From an uncultured Deinococcales bacterium (GTDB lineage: Bacteria > Deinococcota > Deinococci > Deinococcales > JAAFIG01), in assembly GCA_964247135.1 (NCBI GenBank), contig CAXTTL010000109.1:4749-15694 (forward strand): DNA of 10,946 nt, given 5' to 3'. Every line of letters begins with the position of its first letter. Within the stretch, counting starts at the first letter, position 1. Below the pieces are notes generated by a model. The model was given only the letters and a program-made list of their open reading frames with translations, had not been told where the DNA came from and made no database searches. The translations under genes and the position numbers were made by a program. Below are positions 7,222 to 10,946 of the stretch, one piece after another.

Positions 7222-8250
7222 ATGATTCAACTGATAATCCGAAGGTTGTTGGGACTGCCGATTGTTTTGCTGGGAGTGACCCTAATGATCGTTGGACTGA
7301 TGCAACTCTTACCGGCACGACAACGCGCCACCGCCTTCGTTAAAAATGCCGCGCAAATGCGCAACCTCGACGGGATCGTCAAAGAAAAAGGTTTGGACAA
7401 ACCATTCATCAGCCAATACCTGTCGTGGATGGGCAACGTGCTCGGCGGGAATTATGGCTACTCCAAAAGCTCCGAGCAAACCGTGCTCGAAACCATCAAA
7501 CAACGCTTTCCGGCCACGCTCGAGCTGAGCCTCTACGCTGGCGTGCTGACGATCGGGGCGGGGATTTGGCTCGGAACACGTGCCGCGTTGCGCCAGGGCG
7601 AGGCGATTGATCGGCTGATTCGAAGCTTTACCCTGCTGAGTTGGAACACGCCGAGCTATATCCTCAGCATTTGGTTGTTGCTGCTGTTTTACGGAACGCT
7701 GGGAATCCTACCGGGCTTTGGGCAACTCGGCTCGAGCAACGCGATCAGCATGATCACCAATCCGCCAATGCGCTACACAGGATTGCTGACCATCGACAGC
7801 CTGCTTGGAGGACACTGGACGACCTGGCTTGACGCGGTCACCCATCTGATCCTTCCCGTCTGTGCCCTCACCATCAGCAACGTCGGCAACATCGTTGCCG
7901 TCATGCGAGGCAGCCTGCTCGAGGTGCTGCCGCTCGAGTTCATCACGGCGGCACGAGCCAGAGGACTGAGCCAAAAACAGGTCAACCTCAAACACGCCAG
8001 AACCAATGCCTTGATCCCTGTGTTGACGCTCTCTGGAGGTACAGTGACCGGAATGCTAACGGGCGCGATCTTTATCGAATCCATTTTCGGACTGCCAGGG
8101 ATCGGCTCATGGGGGGCAAACGCCGCCCAAACCCTCGATTACGCGGGCATCCTCGGCTTCACGGCATTCACGGCGCTGATCGTCGTGGTTGGCAACCTGA
8201 TCACCGACCTTAGTTATGCGTTTGTAGACCCTCGAGTGAGGTTTGAATGA
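7222..8250 (+). CDS. Peptide ABC transporter permease (DppB/OppB-like)
   Basis: MIQLIIRRLL start, GLDKPFISQY, RFPATLEL, HLILP, EAA loop FITAARARGLS, IESIFGLPGIG, and C-terminal DLSYAFVDPRVR. Confidence 0.96.
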   Translation: MIQLIIRRLLGLPIVLLGVTLMIVGLMQLLPARQRATAFVKNAAQMRNLDGIVKEKGLDKPFISQYLSWMGNVLGGNYGYSKSSEQTVLETIKQRFPATLELSLYAGVLTIGAGIWLGTRAALRQGEAIDRLIRSFTLLSWNTPSYILSIWLLLLFYGTLGILPGFGQLGSSNAISMITNPPMRYTGLLTIDSLLGGHWTTWLDAVTHLILPVCALTISNVGNIVAVMRGSLLEVLPLEFITAARARGLSQKQVNLKHARTNALIPVLTLSGGTVTGMLTGAIFIESIFGLPGIGSWGANAAQTLDYAGILGFTAFTALIVVVGNLITDLSYAFVDPRVRFE

Positions 8251-9182
8251 CGAGCTGGTGGAACTCGAGAAGGGTTCAAAAGCTTAAGAGGAAGCGCGGG
8301 TTTTTAGTGGGCGTTGGAATCATTGGGTGTTTCGTGTTGATTGGCATTTTCTCAGCACAACTCGCGTCACCGCAAGGGTATTGTTTGCTGGAGCTTGGCG
8401 GGATCAAAGCGGGAAGCGTTTACAACCCAGCCTCGAGCCTCTTCTGGCGGGCGTTCAATGCCCCGGCAAGCTGCTATCAGACGCCAAGACTCAACTTCAG
8501 CCAACTCCCCACACCACCGTCTCGAGAGGCAATATTGGGCACGTCAGGCGGTTATGACGTGTGGTACGGGATGGTCTGGGGGACCCGCACGGCGTTCAAA
8601 ATTGGCTTGCTGGTGATCGTTAGCAGTGGACTGATCGGGGTGTTGCTCGGTGCAATCAGTGGGTATGTTGGCGGCTGGACTGACGAAATCATCATGCGGG
8701 TTACCGATGTCATGATGGCGTTTCCGAGCCTGGTGCTCATCATCGTGATCGTGTCGCTGGTGGGACGAAACTTGATGACCATCGCGCTGGCTTTCGCGCT
8801 AACCAACTGGTCTGGCTATACGCGGTTGGTGCGCAGCGAGGTGTTAAAAACCAAGACGCTTGAGTACGTTGAAAGTGCTCGAGCGTTGGGGGCGGGTTCG
8901 TGGGGGGTTTTGGTCAGGCATGTGCTGCCAAACTCGCTCGAAAACCTGATTCAGGTGACCATGCTGGACATGGGCAACGTGGTCTTGCTGTTGTCGGGAT
9001 TATCCATTTTGGGACTTGGGGCTGAGGTGGGTTACGGAGACTGGGGACAGTTTGTGAACCTGGCAAGGGTCTGGGTTTCAAAGCCAAAATACTGGTATGT
9101 GATGCTAATCCCTGGGGTATTGATAATGTTGTGGGGAGTGGGGTGGAACTTGATGGGGAGCGGGAGCAGCACTAGCAAGTAA
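8247..9182 (+). CDS. Peptide ABC transporter permease (DppC/OppC-like)
   Basis: ATGA overlap with the previous gene. Motifs LGT..GYDVW, GTRTA, DEIIMRVTDVMMAFP, EYVESARALGA, RHVLPN and DWG. Confidence 0.95.
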   Translation: MTSWWNSRRVQKLKRKRGFLVGVGIIGCFVLIGIFSAQLASPQGYCLLELGGIKAGSVYNPASSLFWRAFNAPASCYQTPRLNFSQLPTPPSREAILGTSGGYDVWYGMVWGTRTAFKIGLLVIVSSGLIGVLLGAISGYVGGWTDEIIMRVTDVMMAFPSLVLIIVIVSLVGRNLMTIALAFALTNWSGYTRLVRSEVLKTKTLEYVESARALGAGSWGVLVRHVLPNSLENLIQVTMLDMGNVVLLLSGLSILGLGAEVGYGDWGQFVNLARVWVSKPKYWYVMLIPGVLIMLWGVGWNLMGSGSSTSK

Positions 9183-9188
9183 AGACAC

Positions 9189-9224
9189 AAAAAAGAAGAA
9201 GTGCAAGGCAACTCGCACTTCTTC
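9189..9224 (-). terminator. Intrinsic terminator for the peptide genes (possibly bidirectional)
   Basis: 10 bp stem GAAGAAGTGC (9195-9204) / GCACTTCTTC (9215-9224). A6 at 9189-9194 forms the U-tract on the minus strand. Confidence 0.8.
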
Positions 9225-9264
9225 ATCTACCGATCAAATTCACTTCAAACCCTTCGAATCAAGG

Positions 9265-9450
9265 TTAAAACAGATCAAACCGAAAGATATTTGGAATAAC
9301 ACCTTGGTTACACGACAAGCAATTCTTTCCACCGCCACCACCACATTCTCCATCAAAGCAAGCGCCTCCACTGCCTCGAGAGGCAGCCATCGCGCCGGTC
9401 AGAAGTCCCAGGACAGAAACCGCAAGCAACACACGCAAAACTTTTTTCAT
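9265..9450 (-). CDS. Small secreted Cys/Gly-rich peptide 2 (61 aa)
   Basis: SD GAGGTGA precedes ATG 9450. Sequence MKKVLRVLLAVSVLGLLTGAMA|ASRGSGGACFDGECGGGGGKNCLSCNQGVIPNIFRFDLF. Paralogous to peptide 1. Confidence 0.88.
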   Translation of the reverse strand: MKKVLRVLLAVSVLGLLTGAMAASRGSGGACFDGECGGGGGKNCLSCNQGVIPNIFRFDLF

Positions 9451-9507
9451 AATCACCTCTTTCTGTACCACTTTTTTAAAACCAATTTTGTAACTGCAAA
9501 ACTAAAA

Positions 9508-9633
9508 TTACGGGTTGCAAGAGAAGCACGACTTGCCACCGCCAGAAATGGGTGGATCGCTTCGCATCGCCATTGCGCCGGTAAGGAATCCCAAAACGGC
9601 AAAAGCCATCAACACACGCAAAACTTTTTTCAT
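9508..9633 (-). CDS. Small secreted peptide 1 (41 aa), not in the ORF track
   Basis: Strong SD GGAGGTGA precedes ATG 9633. Hand translation: MKKVLRVLMAFAVLGFLTGAMA|MRSDPPISGGGKSCFSCNP*, with stop at 9510-9508. Confidence 0.88.
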   Translation of the reverse strand: MKKVLRVLMAFAVLGFLTGAMAMRSDPPISGGGKSCFSCNP

Positions 9634-9816
9634 AAATTCACCTCCCAAATTCCGAGCGTCGCCAATTCAACCACATCAGGTTTTCATGGTGCGTCAATCA
9701 AAGCACAGCACACTGAACAGTTGTCAAATTTAAAAATATGTAACTCTAGTCTTGCAATCAATCTAACATTTGAAAACTCACAAATTACTTACAGAAACTA
9801 CTGCGTTTACAGTGGG

Positions 9817-10946
9817 TTAGGCGCTGAGTCCAAAACGATCCAAAAAGTCAAAATCGAGTTCAGGTAAACCAAATTCTTCGACGGCATCAGTCCAAATCAC
9901 AACACGTTTTTGAGCCTCAGCCACGCGACCTGCTCGGCACAGCACACCGATGACCTTCTTGATCAGCTCGGTGTGGTCGTCCTCGAGATCAATGCCGTAA
10001 CTGGTTTGCAATTGAATCAAACGGTCATAGGCGGCGGTTAAGACTTGTATGTCATCAATGCCGGCGTGGACTCGAGATTGAATTGCGGTGAACAACATTC
10101 GATTAAATTTCACAGACAACGCTCGCTTGCCATCAGTATCCAACGGTGTACCGCCAAACGCTGGCTCAATTTTGACCAATTCTTGAATGGTCATATCGTC
10201 CAAATTGTTATAAACAGAGTCGATCGCGTATCTCGAGTGGTAATAGTCTCCGTCTCGAAAAATACAGAGTTTCTTGGAAATGAGTTTGTCAATGGTTTTA
10301 CAAATCTGCGAAATTGTAACATCAAATTTTCTCGAAATAGTCTTTGGGTCTTCAATTTCCCCAAAAATCAATGACCACAAATCCATTGCACTCGCTTGCG
10401 GGTACAGGCTTAGATAGGACAAAACCCAAAATGGAATACCAAGATGGAGGTCAAGGTTCAACCCATCAACTTTCGCAAACCATTCCTTTTTACCGCCAGC
10501 AATCGAAACAAAAATTTCGTGAGAAAGCGGTTCAGGCACAGTTAAAGGATTGTTTGAATAAAAAGCAATATTTTGAAGCGTCTGAGGGAATAAAGCCACA
10601 ATAGGGTTTAGGGCGGTTGAATTGTGGCAAACGTCCAAGATTAACAACGCTGGTATCCGGTACATTGGAGCGTAAAATTCACTTGGGTAAATAAGCCATT
10701 CCGAAGCTGCATCTAAGTTACCAATATCAAAATAAATGACACCCATAAAATAATGGGTCAGTAGTTTATCCCAGGGTGTATTCGTTGAAATTGCTCGCAG
10801 TTCAAAAAGCGCCTGATCGGCATTGATTTTATTCAAACGATATTGAACAAAGGCTTTTAAGGCAAAAATGCGTCCCACATCTGCCAAAATCCCCATCGAA
10901 GAAGCATAGGATTCAAGCACATCAAAGGCTTCCCACGCCTCCTCGA
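9817..10946 (-). CDS. TPR-like / winged-HTH / BTAD-like transcriptional regulator (5' truncated by the window)
   Basis: The frame is open to the window edge (..EEAWEAFDVLESY..). TPR-like helices (HYFMGVIYFDIGNLDAASEWL), an OmpR/SARP-type wHTH-like segment (WVLSYLSLYPQASAMDLWSLIFG...KFDVTISQICKTI), and a BTAD-like end (AAYDRLIQL...VLCRAGRVAEAQKRV...EEFGL). Confidence 0.65.
   Translation of the reverse strand, partial: EEAWEAFDVLESYASSMGILADVGRIFALKAFVQYRLNKINADQALFELRAISTNTPWDKLLTHYFMGVIYFDIGNLDAASEWLIYPSEFYAPMYRIPALLILDVCHNSTALNPIVALFPQTLQNIAFYSNNPLTVPEPLSHEIFVSIAGGKKEWFAKVDGLNLDLHLGIPFWVLSYLSLYPQASAMDLWSLIFGEIEDPKTISRKFDVTISQICKTIDKLISKKLCIFRDGDYYHSRYAIDSVYNNLDDMTIQELVKIEPAFGGTPLDTDGKRALSVKFNRMLFTAIQSRVHAGIDDIQVLTAAYDRLIQLQTSYGIDLEDDHTELIKKVIGVLCRAGRVAEAQKRVVIWTDAVEEFGLPELDFDFLDRFGLSA

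Noticed and set aside
9265-9633. Complete RiPP/bacteriocin cluster
   Set aside because: No modifying enzyme, peptidase-exporter or immunity gene in the window, and the leaders are Sec-type. Kept only as an alternative hypothesis.
9304-9867. Plus-strand 187 aa and 72 aa ORFs
   Set aside because: Antisense shadows of the two peptide genes. Their internal repeat just mirrors the peptide duplication.

Overview
This window looks like a plasmid or secondary-replicon segment from a Deinococcota-like host. That is an inference from a Thermus/Deinococcus-type Rep protein, leaderless TANNNT promoters and about 57 hand-counted CTCGAG palindromes. From left to right it holds: a replication module (hypothetical ORF plus HTH Rep) whose upstream region carries three minus-strand promoter-short RNA-terminator cassettes; a C-terminally shortened AcrVA2/FinQ-like gene; a stand-alone HD-GYP phosphodiesterase; a convergent degenerate RNase H-fold ORF; and a Dpp/Opp-type binding protein with two permeases but no ATPases. 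Converging on the transporter are a TPR-wHTH-BTAD-like regulator (5' end outside the window) and two paralogous small secreted Cys-containing peptides, one of which is missing from the ORF track. The best novelty candidates are (1) a possible RRNPP-like peptide signalling system with its own importer and (2) the repeated antisense sRNA cassettes with SD-ATG-TAA minigenes upstream of rep. All family calls come from motif recognition by eye; no searches were run.
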